A stretch of DNA of 64,000 nt from positions 1 through 64,000 of the IMG/VR virus record IMGVR_UViG_2675903060_000003; one strand, given 5' to 3'. The stretch is from a virus (taxonomy: Duplodnaviria > Caudoviricetes). Shown here piece by piece: positions 1 to 9,271 of this stretch (its first letter is position 1; every line of letters starts with the position of its first letter). The notes below the pieces were generated by a model. It searched no databases and had not been told where the DNA came from. It saw only the letters and a list, made by a program, of their open reading frames with translations. The position numbers were made by a program, and so were the translations under genes.

Positions 1-15
1 GCGCTCACGATAACA

Positions 16-111
16 AATTGTCCTACGACAATTCCAAGATCCTTTTTCTGTGCGCCTTGACACGCTCCAAAGCGTCGTACGACAGTTAGGGAAAGCGTCG
101 TACGATGCTTT
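16..111. promoter_or_regulatory. Promoter with three palindromic operator-like sites
   Basis: AATTGTCCTACGACAATT (16-33), AAAGCGTCGTACGACAGTT (69-87), AAAGCGTCGTACGATGCTTT (92-111); TTGACA at 57-62. Confidence 0.7.
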
Positions 112-170
112 TCCCGGACTTCCCCGGGGATTCCGCCCAACGTGACCAAATGTCCGTTCTGGAGGTTGCC

Positions 171-476
171 TTGACCACCACGCAAAGCGGTCGGTCACAC
201 ACCCGCACCTGGATGAAGTCCGCCGAAGCCGCCGCAGCGTGCAACGTCACAGCCGAGACGGTCATCGAGTGGGCGAAAGCCGGCCAGTTGAACGCGACCC
301 GGACGCCAGGTGGCCACTACCGGTTCGACTCCGCCGAGGTCCACGCGCTCCTACAGGCGCGGCAGGCAGAGCAGGAAGACGCGACGCCCGCGAACACGAA
401 GAAGGCGGCCCCCATCGTCCAAGACCGAGGCCGCCTCTCTTGCCCCACTGATCGAGTCAAGGGAGCAACCCCATGA
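171..476 (+). CDS. BldC-like / excisionase-type MerR-HTH DNA-binding protein
   Basis: SAEAAAACNVTAETVIEWAKAGQLNATRTPGGHYRF matches the BldC/HTH_17 pattern; GGAGG RBS before TTG 171. Confidence 0.8.
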   Translation: MTTTQSGRSHTRTWMKSAEAAAACNVTAETVIEWAKAGQLNATRTPGGHYRFDSAEVHALLQARQAEQEDATPANTKKAAPIVQDRGRLSCPTDRVKGATP

Positions 477-664
477 TGACACACGCCGCCGCCGTGTTCT
501 CGGAGGACGAGCGGCGCCAGATCGCCGCGATGGTCGCCGAATGGGACCGCCGAGCACAGTCGCTGATCGCGAACGCGGCCGAGGTGCGCGCCATCGCCGG
601 CCTCTCCGCTACGCCCGCCGGTGTCGCGGACCTGTCCCTGTATCGGGCGCGGAGGTCGCGATGA
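473..664 (+). CDS. Hypothetical protein
   Basis: RBS, overlaps both neighbours. Confidence 0.6.
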   Translation: MMTHAAAVFSEDERRQIAAMVAEWDRRAQSLIANAAEVRAIAGLSATPAGVADLSLYRARRSR

Positions 665-804
665 CCCCCGCCGAGATGCAGGCCCGTACCGCCGACCTGT
701 ACGCGCGGATGAGGACCCCGGCCAAGCCCCTTGCTCACCCGATCGACCGGGGCGGCTGCACCAACCCCCGCTGCACGTCCTGCCCGAAGGAGTCGCAGCG
801 ATGA
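661..804 (+). CDS. Small protein with a Cys cluster (CTNPRCTSC)
   Basis: GGAGG RBS, ATGA overlaps at both ends. Confidence 0.55.
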   Translation: MTPAEMQARTADLYARMRTPAKPLAHPIDRGGCTNPRCTSCPKESQR

Positions 805-1262
805 CGATCGACCCGTTCACCACCCCGGCCGAGGCCCAGTGTGAGGGTTTGGCCCGGCAGGCGCGCGACTTCTTCGCGCTCGCCATGACGCCCACGGACC
901 TCGTCGGCCACGAGTACGGACAGAACTACCGGCTCACCTACGAAAACGGCGTACAGGCGGTGCGGGACGCGCTGGTCGGCCAGGGCCACGCGACGCTCGC
1001 GGTCAACGCCAACCTGGACCGGATCGCCACCGCGCTGGAGACTCTCGCAGCCGCTCCGTCTGCGATCGCGGAGATCAGCCGCCGGATCGACCACTTGACG
1101 GCCACGCTCGACCAGGGTGTCGAGTTCGCCGACTCGGCCGCGGCTGCAGCCGACGCTACGGCCTCGGCCGTGCAGGACCTCGCCGAGTTCGCGAACCGTC
1201 CGCGCTGGTGGCAGTGGCGACGGCGGCGCAGCGTGTCCGCCATCGACGAGGCGAACGCCTGA
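801..1262 (+). CDS. Hypothetical helical protein
   Basis: AAGGAG RBS, ATG 801, C-terminal RPRWWQWRRRR. Confidence 0.7.
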   Translation: MTIDPFTTPAEAQCEGLARQARDFFALAMTPTDLVGHEYGQNYRLTYENGVQAVRDALVGQGHATLAVNANLDRIATALETLAAAPSAIAEISRRIDHLTATLDQGVEFADSAAAAADATASAVQDLAEFANRPRWWQWRRRRSVSAIDEANA

Positions 1263-1356
1263 TGACCAGGGCCCGGCCGTCCAGCACCCTCCCCGCCACG
1301 GCGGCCGGGCCCTCCCCTCTACTCCCCAGCCAACCGAACCGTTGATCGGACTCGAT

Positions 1357-1596
1357 ATGGAACCGCCCTTCACCAGCCCGCCCCCGACCGTCCCCGAGGA
1401 CGTCCGCGGCCGGCTGCTCGCCCTCGCCTCCCAGGGCGTCACCACCGAGGACGCCGCCGCCCAACTCGGGATCACCGTCCGCGAGGTCTGGCGGTACCTG
1501 GGGCCGATGCGCGACGCCGGAGACATCCACCTGGCACGAGCCACGGACGGGCCCGGCGTCGAGTGGCGGACGAACGAGAACCACAGGAGCGCGTGA
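1357..1596 (+). CDS. Small HTH protein
   Basis: TTEDAAAQLGITVREVWRYL HTH motif. Confidence 0.6.
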   Translation: MEPPFTSPPPTVPEDVRGRLLALASQGVTTEDAAAQLGITVREVWRYLGPMRDAGDIHLARATDGPGVEWRTNENHRSA

Positions 1597-3131
1597 TGGA
1601 CCTCTCCCTGTACTGGCCTCCGCCCGCCTGGGCCGTGTGGACGATCGCCGGAGTCGTCTCCGTCGTCGTCACCTGGTTCACGGTCCGGGCAGCCCTCGAA
1701 GGCGTCCGCTACGCCGCCCGCTCGCTGCAGGCTTGGCGCCGCAACCGCGCCGCCACCGAGAAGCGGCCCGCCGAGCTCGAAGACGTCCTCACCTGGGTCA
1801 TGGCAGGCATCGCGACGTCGGTGTCCGCGTCCGGTATGTGGAAGTTCGCCGGCGACGTCCTGCAGCTCGACGGGTTCTGGCGCGTCTTGTTCTTCGCCTT
1901 CATCGAAGGCGCGATCGTCATCTCCGCGCTGCGGGCTCGCCGCAGCATGCGCGAGAACTACACCGCCGGCCTCGACGGGATCGCCGTGTGGGCGCTGGCC
2001 GCCCTCACCGCCGTGCTGGCGAGCATCGACGCCAAGAGCGGCGGAGAGATGGTGTTCCGTCTCGCCGCGCCGATGGTCGCAGCGTGGCTGTGGGAGCGGG
2101 GCATGCGGCTGGAGCGGCGCAAGCTGCGTGGCCTGTCCGGCATCAACTGGCGGCTCACCCCGGAGCGGATCCTGGTCCGGCTTGGGCTGGCCGAGGCGAC
2201 CGACCGGACCGCGTCCGAGGTCGACGCCCACCGCCGCATCACGCGTGTCGCTCTCGCCGCGAAGAAGGTCCACCTGTTGCGCTCCGCGAACGCCTCCGCC
2301 CGCAGGATCCGCAGAGCGGCGGCGGCGCTCGACAAGCGTCTGGACCAGGCCGTCGAACACACCGGCCTCGCCCGCGACGACCGCATGAAGTGGGCGCTAC
2401 TCGACCAGGTCGGCACCCTCGGCGGCGCCGAGCAGTTGTGCAACCTGCTGGAGAACGCGCAGGGCCCGTGGGCGCAGACGGACCACCCGCTCGTCACGGG
2501 CGCCGCCAAGCACCACGAGGCCGTGCAACTCGCCGAGGCGATGAACGAGTGGAGCGACGCTCTCCGTCAGCAGCGCGACCCCGAGACGACCGCCGCGATC
2601 CACTCCATGGCCGCCTACATCGCCCGCCTCGAAGGGCGCCCCGTCCCCGAATTTCCGACCGCTGGACCGACGACTTCGGTCGCGCCGGCGGTCGCTTCCC
2701 CGGCCTCCGGCGCGACTGAGACGCGACCGGAACTGCGACCGGCGATGCAAGGTTTCGGTGCCCCCCTGACGGTCGTCAATTCGGTCGCGCCTCCGGTCGT
2801 CGACGACGACGAAATCGGCGACCGAACCGGCGACCGTGATGGCGACCAGGACGGCGACCGTGAAAGGCCCGATGAGCAGGACAATCGCGAGGCTCGGGAG
2901 TGGATTCGCGCAAAGTGCCGTGGCAGAAGCGGCTTCGGGCGCAAGCCATCCAAAGCCGAGGTGGCGAAGAAGTTCGGATTCAGCGAAACCTGGGCCTTCG
3001 ACCGCGTCCGAGAAGTGCAGGACCGGATGACGGCCCAGGGCTACACGTTCGAGCCCGACGGGACGGTGATCGCTCCGACAAGATCGGTCGCCGACTCGGA
3101 CGCTTCCGACCGGTCGGAGGTGTCGGTCTGA
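1596..3131 (+). CDS. Spd-like (DUF2637-like) membrane protein with C-terminal HTH
   Basis: About 5 TM segments, low-complexity linker, KPSKAEVAKKFGFSETWAFDRV HTH. Confidence 0.7.
   Translation: MDLSLYWPPPAWAVWTIAGVVSVVVTWFTVRAALEGVRYAARSLQAWRRNRAATEKRPAELEDVLTWVMAGIATSVSASGMWKFAGDVLQLDGFWRVLFFAFIEGAIVISALRARRSMRENYTAGLDGIAVWALAALTAVLASIDAKSGGEMVFRLAAPMVAAWLWERGMRLERRKLRGLSGINWRLTPERILVRLGLAEATDRTASEVDAHRRITRVALAAKKVHLLRSANASARRIRRAAAALDKRLDQAVEHTGLARDDRMKWALLDQVGTLGGAEQLCNLLENAQGPWAQTDHPLVTGAAKHHEAVQLAEAMNEWSDALRQQRDPETTAAIHSMAAYIARLEGRPVPEFPTAGPTTSVAPAVASPASGATETRPELRPAMQGFGAPLTVVNSVAPPVVDDDEIGDRTGDRDGDQDGDRERPDEQDNREAREWIRAKCRGRSGFGRKPSKAEVAKKFGFSETWAFDRVREVQDRMTAQGYTFEPDGTVIAPTRSVADSDASDRSEVSV
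2677..2860. repeat. 12-bp-periodic CGACCG/CGGTCG array in alternating orientation
   Basis: CGGTCG at 2677, 2689; GCGACCG at 2723, 2735; CGGTCG at 2770, 2782, 2794; GCGACC at 2818, 2830, 2842, 2854. Confidence 0.85.
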
Positions 3132-3557
3132 TGGCCCGCCATACGACCTTCGTTCATCGTCCGATCACCTTGTGGTCGCTGGCCGGGAGCGCACCGCCGA
3201 TCCCGTCTGCCGCCTCTGCGGTCTACACGCCAGAGGATCCGTTCGCTGTCGAGTTCGCCGTCCCCAGCCGGGACGGCGGCGAGCCGCACAGTGTGCTGTT
3301 CGCCCGCGGGCTCCTCATCGACGGAAGTGGCCGAACCCGTCGGCGACGGAGACGTCCGCGTCGCACCCCACCCCGACAGCGACGACTGGGTCCGGCTGGA
3401 GTTGCCGATCGACGGGCGGCCGGCCGAGTTCTACGCCGCGAGGTCCGCGATCGACGAGTTCGTGGACGCAACGTGTCTGCTGGTTCCGTCGGGCCGGGAA
3501 GCGGCCGAATTGAATCTCGACGGGATGATCGCCCGGCTGCTGGGGGCGGGCCGATGA
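3131..3557 (+). pseudogene. SsgA-family protein split by a one-base insertion (or sequencing error)
   Basis: YTPEDPFAVEF...FARGLLIDG in one frame and EPVGDGDVRVAP...FVDATCLLVPSGRE in the next; extra A at 3325-3326. Confidence 0.8.
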
Positions 3558-3955
3558 AGACGTTTGAGGTGACTGTCCGTGAGCGGCGTATGGGCCGTCA
3601 GAGGCTGTCTAGACGGCCGATGCCCTTTCGCGGAAGCGCCCTACGCGCAGGGGCGCGGCGCGCGGCGCGGGCGGCGCGCGAGGAGACCGTATCACAAATC
3701 ACGCAACGTAACCAAGGAGAGTTGTTGTCTGCCGCCGATTCGATCGACAAGCGCCGCGCTCATGCGGAGTCCCGGATCGCGTCCGCGCGCGACCCCTGGA
3801 CCAAGTTCCTGAAGACGGCCGAGTGGCTGGCATCGGAGCTGAAGCATCAGGCACTCCGCGATCCCGAAGCGGCCCGCAAGAGCGCCGAGAGCCTGGCTCA
3901 GCAGACCCGCAGCTTCGCCGGGAAGCTCAACGAGCAGGCTCGGGAGGCACTGTGA
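3554..3955 (+). CDS. Hypothetical protein
   Basis: ATGA overlap with the SsgA-like stop; helical. Confidence 0.55.
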   Translation: MKTFEVTVRERRMGRQRLSRRPMPFRGSALRAGARRAARAAREETVSQITQRNQGELLSAADSIDKRRAHAESRIASARDPWTKFLKTAEWLASELKHQALRDPEAARKSAESLAQQTRSFAGKLNEQAREAL

Positions 3956-4515
3956 TGTTCGAGTTCGTGCCGCCTGCCCCGCTCGCGAAAGACTCCGCGG
4001 CGCCCGACATCCAGAAGCCAGCAGCGCCAGCGGCAACACCGCCCGCGGGGCTGCGCGCTGAGCACCGCGCCGAGGACCGCCGACGAGCACCCCGCCGAAG
4101 CTGGGTGGAGTGGCTGGAGGACCGGGCAGGCATGAGCGGCCTCGGATCCGCCCAACTCCCCTCCCCTGCGACCGTTCACGCCTACCACAAGGCAGGCAAC
4201 TACGTGCCCGGCGAGGTCGGCGTCCTGGAGTGGACTGCGCGCGTGCACGGCGTGGTCGCGGTCGCCTGGTGCCTCGTGTTCACCTGCGTGGCCTGGCTCG
4301 GGTCGGGTGCCTACCGGCAGCGGTTCCGCACCCTGTGGAGCAGCGGCGTGCCGGGCGTGTGGCGCACCCAGCTTCCGCCGCTGGACATCGTGTCGCCGCC
4401 GGCCCGGCCGTGGGTGGCGTGGTGGTCCGCGGTCGCCTGGCTCGGGCTCAAGTTCTGGCGCTTCCCCATCTTTCTCGTCTACCTGGCAGCCGCCGTGCTG
4501 CCGATCGTCTTCTGA
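3955..4515 (+). CDS. Membrane protein of the transfer module
   Basis: TGATG coupling; two hydrophobic Trp-rich segments. Confidence 0.65.
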   Translation: MFEFVPPAPLAKDSAAPDIQKPAAPAATPPAGLRAEHRAEDRRRAPRRSWVEWLEDRAGMSGLGSAQLPSPATVHAYHKAGNYVPGEVGVLEWTARVHGVVAVAWCLVFTCVAWLGSGAYRQRFRTLWSSGVPGVWRTQLPPLDIVSPPARPWVAWWSAVAWLGLKFWRFPIFLVYLAAAVLPIVF

Positions 4516-4527
4516 AAGGACCCTGCC

Positions 4528-4983
4528 GTGATCTGGCTGTTCGTCATCGGGCCGTTCTGTCTGGCCGCCGGCCTCGTCCTCGCGCGGTTCCGCCGCAAGG
4601 ACAAAGGGAAGGGCGAGCCGCGCAAGAAGGTCGCCGTCGTCGCCACGATGCTGATCCTGGTGTTCTCGCTGTGCATGTTCTGGACCCCGCTCGCCGGGGC
4701 GTGCGTCAACCTGGGCGCGTGGATGGTCGACACCGCCAAGAGCGGCGGCGTCTCCACGGTGTTCGGGTACGCCGTCATCGCCCTGACCAGCTTCGCGCTC
4801 GGGCTCCTGGTCGTTGGAGTCGTCCGGGACATCGCCAAGGACGGCGTGGCCGACCGGCCGACGTTCATCGCCGCCGCGGTGGTGTGGGCCGTCGCTGCGA
4901 TCGCGTTCGGGGTGGTGTTCGGCCCGACCGAGTACGACCGCGTCACCGTCGAGGTCATGAAGGCGACGGTGAACACCTGGTGA
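4528..4983 (+). CDS. 4-TM membrane protein (Spd-like)
   Basis: Four hydrophobic helices; AAAGGA RBS. Confidence 0.75.
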   Translation: MIWLFVIGPFCLAAGLVLARFRRKDKGKGEPRKKVAVVATMLILVFSLCMFWTPLAGACVNLGAWMVDTAKSGGVSTVFGYAVIALTSFALGLLVVGVVRDIAKDGVADRPTFIAAAVVWAVAAIAFGVVFGPTEYDRVTVEVMKATVNTW

Positions 4984-6104
4984 GCGACATGTTCCTGGCG
5001 GTGCTCGCCGTCCTCATGGCTCTGGCCGTTTTCGTGCCGTGCGCGTTGTTCGCGTCGGGCAAGTGGCGTCCGGGCCGCGTGGAGGAGCCGCCGCCCCCCT
5101 TGCAGGACGTCCAGGCGATGGACCCGCCGGAGCGCGCGGCGCCGGAACCTCCCTCGTACACCGTCGAGCAGACGTGGACGCGGAAGACCACGAACGTAGC
5201 GATCACCTGGATCCGCAACGGCATCACCAGGGGCAGGCAGGGCGGCGCCGCGAAGGCGCTGCCCGCGAAAATCGAGGAGGGCAACGACCTCGACGACGAA
5301 CCCGACAGCCCGCCTTCCGCAGTGGAGCCGGCAGCGTGGACTGCGGACGTCGATGTGGTCCACACGCCGGCGTCACCGACGTCGCTGATCCCCCGACTGG
5401 TGCGACGGGCGCTGCCGTGGCAGGCCGAGGGAGGCCACGACGACCTTCCACGGCCCGCCGAGAGAGTCGCGGACCATGACGTTCCCCAGCCCGCCCCGCC
5501 GACCTTCGAGTCCGTGCGGGTGGACGACTCTCCCGTCCCGCCACCGGCTGGCATGTCGGCAACGGACCGGCCCGTGATCATCGACCCTCACCCTGTCGCC
5601 CTCGAAGGAGTGGACATGTCCGACGCCCCTCTCGTCCCGTCCGGAGACGGCTCAGCGGTCCGCCTGGCGCCCGTCAGCCAGTTGCGGACCGCTCTGGCTA
5701 CGGGCGGGTTCTCGCGGCTGATGGCGTGGCTGCGCGCCTTCCGTAAGGCCAGCAACAACACCTTGGCGCAGGCTAACGAGATGCACGCGCAGGCGCTCCT
5801 GGTCGCCCGACGCACCCGCAACGCGCACATGCAGGCTCTGCAGGCGTTCCAGGCTGTGCAGTCCGACAAGCTGGACCGCCAGATGATCAACCAGACGTGG
5901 CAGATGCTGCAGACCACCCAGACGCAGGCGGCAGCCGCGGCCCAGTTGACCCGCGCGACCGCCGCGTTCGTCGTCGCCTCTGGCGGCCAGCAGCCCGCCG
6001 TCGCCGCGGCGGTCAACGCGCTGCAGCGTCACGCCCCCATCGCCGCTGCGATCAAGTCGGCGCATGTCGAGCCGGTCAAGAACCTCGACTTCTACCGCCA
6101 GTAG
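4980..6104 (+). CDS. Membrane-anchored protein with Pro-rich linker and helical Ala/Gln C-domain
   Basis: GTGA overlap; N-terminal TM; internal RBS+ATG at ~5616. Confidence 0.7.
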   Translation: MSDMFLAVLAVLMALAVFVPCALFASGKWRPGRVEEPPPPLQDVQAMDPPERAAPEPPSYTVEQTWTRKTTNVAITWIRNGITRGRQGGAAKALPAKIEEGNDLDDEPDSPPSAVEPAAWTADVDVVHTPASPTSLIPRLVRRALPWQAEGGHDDLPRPAERVADHDVPQPAPPTFESVRVDDSPVPPPAGMSATDRPVIIDPHPVALEGVDMSDAPLVPSGDGSAVRLAPVSQLRTALATGGFSRLMAWLRAFRKASNNTLAQANEMHAQALLVARRTRNAHMQALQAFQAVQSDKLDRQMINQTWQMLQTTQTQAAAAAQLTRATAAFVVASGGQQPAVAAAVNALQRHAPIAAAIKSAHVEPVKNLDFYRQ

Positions 6105-6133
6105 CCCCTCTCATCCGCGTTTGGAGTAGCGCC

Positions 6134-8065
6134 GTGACCACCGATGTGCAGCAGCTCGCCGACGAGCAGGAAGATGGCAAGGCCGGCCTGGCTGCCGCGG
6201 TGGCCGCGGCCCGCGAGCTGAAGAAGAAGGGCTACCGCTACCGGCACGCGCTCGTACCTCACGCGGTTGTGGCGGGCACCTGGTGCACGGGTGTCACCTT
6301 GCACGCGTTCGCGGTGCCCGCTTGGCAGGTGCTGGCCGGTGAGGTGGTGGTGGCTGCGGTGGCCGCGGCAGGGTTCCCGAAGGCACGCACGCGTCTGCGT
6401 CGCCGTATCTGGTGGACCGCCGCCGGCATGTGGCTGCCGATCGCGGCCGAGTTGGGTGCAGGCGACTGGCGGTTGTCGCTGCTCGCCGGCGTAGGTGGTC
6501 TGCTGGCGATCCCGCGGGTGTGGCGGTACCGCATCTCCATCGTCCGCCCGACCAAGAGCCGCCGGGAACTGGCCAGGAGCAAGCAGCGGGCGGCTTTGGA
6601 GGCGAAAGCTCCGGACCCGAACGTGACCGTATGGGCGGCGAAGACCGCCTCGCGCAAGGGCTCCCTGCCTGGGTCGAAGTTGACGAATCGGACCCCGTTC
6701 GAGTACGGGGTCCGCTACCGGATCGAACTGGACGGGCAGACCACCGAAGACGCGACGGGTGCCCGCAAGCAGATCTGCGCCGACTTCGGCAAAGCCCTCG
6801 ATTACCTGCTGGTCGACGAGACCGACGACGGGCTGCTCAACGCGGCAGAGCTGACCATTCTGGACCGACTCGCCGTCGAGGACGTGCAGCCATGGACCGA
6901 GCCGGGGCTCGACCTCGAAACCGGCGTGTGGCGGATCGCCCCGTTCGCTGACGGCCGCGGCGACGCAGCGCTGCAGGTGTGGGAGCCCGGCTCGGGGCCG
7001 CTGCCGGTCGGCGTGTTCGGCGCGATGCGCGTCGGGAAGTCCAGCATCATCAAGCAGGCTGCCGTCGAGTTCCGCAAGGCCACAGAACGCGGCTACCCGA
7101 TCCACCTCATCTACATGGACCCGCAGCGCGGCCAGTCCGCCCCCTCGGTTCTCCCCTACGTGTCCGAACCTGCGCTCGGCATCGACGAGATCCGGACCCG
7201 GCTGCTGCAGTTGCGGCAGGAGATGAACGACCGTAACGCCTACCTGGCGAAGGTCGAACACGTCGACAGCAACGGCTTCAAGCAGCGGGGCGTCCAGTCC
7301 TACGACCGGCCCGGCGCCCACGGCCTGCCGATGCTCATCGCCCCCATCGACGAGTTCCACAAGGTGGCGCAGTACGACGACCTCGCCGAGATCGTGCACG
7401 AGCTGATGGCCGAAGGGTCGAAGTGCGGCATCATGCCGTGGATCCTCAACCAGGACGCGATCGTCGACTCTCTGGGCGGCGGCGAGATCCTGCGTCTGCT
7501 CAACTCCGGCAACCTCGTCGTGCTGCGGACCGGCGACACTTACACGGCGCAGGCCACGTTCGGGGCGCGGCTGGAGGCGTACCCGGACCGGATCAGGAAG
7601 ACGTTCCCCAATAGCAACAAGCACACCAAGGGCTGCGGCTACGTGCTCGGCGCCACCAGCCGATCAGTGATGATGCGCATCCGCGACGTCGCCAACCTGG
7701 GTGCGGTGCTCGGCGACGAACCCCCGCAGCCTATCCAGTGGATGTGCGGCACCTCCGCGCCCGCCGGCTCACCAGCGGAACCCGCCGCGGGCGACGACCA
7801 GGGCGAGCCCGGCGTCGAAGAGTTGCCGGACCTCGACCTGGACGGCAACGTCGTCGACTTCGTGGCGCTCGACCAGGAGCAGCAGACCAACGCGGAGCAG
7901 ACCATCCTGCGCCTGCTGGACGGGGCGGAGAACGGCCTGGACGCGGCCGACCTCACGCTCGGCGCGGGCCTGCCGCTGGTGACGGTGTTCCGAGTCGCGA
8001 CGGACCTGTGCCACGCCGGCGTGGTGAGGCAGGACGGCGACCGGTACGTGAAGGTCGCCTCGTGA
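6134..8065 (+). CDS. TraB-like FtsK/SpoIIIE DNA translocase
   Basis: N-terminal TMs, Walker A GAMRVGKS, Walker B IAPIDEFH, C-terminal winged helix. Confidence 0.85.
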   Translation: MTTDVQQLADEQEDGKAGLAAAVAAARELKKKGYRYRHALVPHAVVAGTWCTGVTLHAFAVPAWQVLAGEVVVAAVAAAGFPKARTRLRRRIWWTAAGMWLPIAAELGAGDWRLSLLAGVGGLLAIPRVWRYRISIVRPTKSRRELARSKQRAALEAKAPDPNVTVWAAKTASRKGSLPGSKLTNRTPFEYGVRYRIELDGQTTEDATGARKQICADFGKALDYLLVDETDDGLLNAAELTILDRLAVEDVQPWTEPGLDLETGVWRIAPFADGRGDAALQVWEPGSGPLPVGVFGAMRVGKSSIIKQAAVEFRKATERGYPIHLIYMDPQRGQSAPSVLPYVSEPALGIDEIRTRLLQLRQEMNDRNAYLAKVEHVDSNGFKQRGVQSYDRPGAHGLPMLIAPIDEFHKVAQYDDLAEIVHELMAEGSKCGIMPWILNQDAIVDSLGGGEILRLLNSGNLVVLRTGDTYTAQATFGARLEAYPDRIRKTFPNSNKHTKGCGYVLGATSRSVMMRIRDVANLGAVLGDEPPQPIQWMCGTSAPAGSPAEPAAGDDQGEPGVEELPDLDLDGNVVDFVALDQEQQTNAEQTILRLLDGAENGLDAADLTLGAGLPLVTVFRVATDLCHAGVVRQDGDRYVKVAS

Positions 8066-8066
8066 G

Positions 8067-8450
8067 TCAGCGGCGGATCCACTCCGGTTCCGGGATGTCG
8101 CTGGTGACCTTCCACAGCGGGTCTGGGAACCGTGACGGCCAGTCCTGGTACATGGCGTGCACGTACACGTTGCCGCCGACATCGCCGTGCTTGCGTCGGG
8201 CCTCGGCGAGTGTGTCCAAGAGCCGCTTGAGCGATTCGGCGGCGTACCTTCCGGGGCAGGTAAGCGCGCACATCGGCGCTTCTCCCAGCACTCCTGCCAT
8301 GAGCCGCACCCAGTTTGCCCGGTCCAACCATTTGGTCGGGTGGTATTTCGTCCGGTCGTCCCTTTCGTTCTCGACGTCGAGGGTCACCGACGTGATGGCG
8401 TCGGCTCGAACCATCCGGAACCCGTTCTCGGCCACCAGCCACGCTGTCAT
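8067..8450 (-). CDS. Hypothetical protein
   Basis: Protein-like ORF convergent with the TraB-like gene. Confidence 0.55.
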   Translation of the reverse strand: MTAWLVAENGFRMVRADAITSVTLDVENERDDRTKYHPTKWLDRANWVRLMAGVLGEAPMCALTCPGRYAAESLKRLLDTLAEARRKHGDVGGNVYVHAMYQDWPSRFPDPLWKVTSDIPEPEWIRR

Positions 8451-8532
8451 GCCTGCCAGCGTGAGCGACACCGCGTCAATGAGCAACCCCAGTTCACGGC
8501 AACCAAACCTCACCGAAGAAAAGGAGCAGCGC

Positions 8533-8691
8533 ATGGCGCTGTCCGACTACACCCCCGAGGCGATCGAGAAGATCCTCGACAGCGCCGTCGACATGGCGAT
8601 CGCGTGTGACGACGGCGACCACGACGGTGCCCAGGCAGCCACCAACAAGGCGATCATCCTCGCCCGTAACCTCCGCAACCGGAGCCGCTGA
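8533..8691 (+). CDS. Small hypothetical protein
   Basis: AAGGAG RBS; followed by a hairpin. Confidence 0.6.
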   Translation: MALSDYTPEAIEKILDSAVDMAIACDDGDHDGAQAATNKAIILARNLRNRSR

Positions 8692-8767
8692 GGTTGCGGA
8701 TCCCCGCCCGGCGACGTCGGGCGGGGTGTCCGGAGCAGAGCGCTCCGGGAGCAGAAAGAGGATCACC

Positions 8768-8974
8768 ATGGCCAGAAACATCGCCTCCAGAGAGAGCCGC
8801 CAAGAGAGAGTGCTGGTCGGCGTTCGCGAAGTCCTCAAGCGGAACCGTCACTGGCTCAACCAGGACCTCGACTGGGCCTCGCGTCAAATCGCCGCCGACC
8901 TGACGCGGGCGGGGGACCCCTGCACGGAGCAGGAGGTTCGGGCCGCTCTCGACGAGATCAAAACCCGGGCGTGA
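8768..8974 (+). CDS. Small hypothetical protein
   Basis: AGAGGA RBS. Confidence 0.6.
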   Translation: MARNIASRESRQERVLVGVREVLKRNRHWLNQDLDWASRQIAADLTRAGDPCTEQEVRAALDEIKTRA

Positions 8975-9141
8975 AGACCATCTGGGACAACCTCACGGAC
9001 GGCAGAAGGGAAAGCCCGTGAGAGGGTTCACGCACCCCGACGTGCTCACCCGAGGTGTCCGGGAGGGGTGGGCCGACCCGGAGACGGACCCGACCCGCAT
9101 CTCCTGGGCGCCGCGCCAAGCCGCCGCGCCTGGCTGTATGT

Positions 9142-9179
9142 GAGAGCCCTGGCCTGCTTCCCCGCGGGCCGGGGCTCTC
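9142..9179 (+). terminator. Hairpin, copy 1 of a 38-bp repeat
   Basis: GAGAGCCCTGGCCTGC-TTCCCC-GCGGGCCGGGGCTCTC. Confidence 0.6.
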
Positions 9180-9271
9180 CGTGTGTTTCTTCATGATTTT
9201 CAAGAAACTCTACTGACGGTGCCCCACTCGCGGCGTAGCGTCAAAGCCGCGTCCTCCGAACCGAGGTGAGC

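Larger units (their letters stand above)
1..8065 (+). mobile_element. AICE/actinomycete plasmid-type conjugative transfer module
   Basis: Coupled operon of an Xis/BldC-like HTH, several membrane proteins and an FtsK-type ATPase with N-terminal TMs and C-terminal wHTH. Confidence 0.75.

Noticed and set aside
9075-9099. GACCCGGA/GACCCG copies resembling a TraB clt repeat
   Set aside because: Only three irregular copies in high-GC DNA, probably inside a small ORF (9018-9143)
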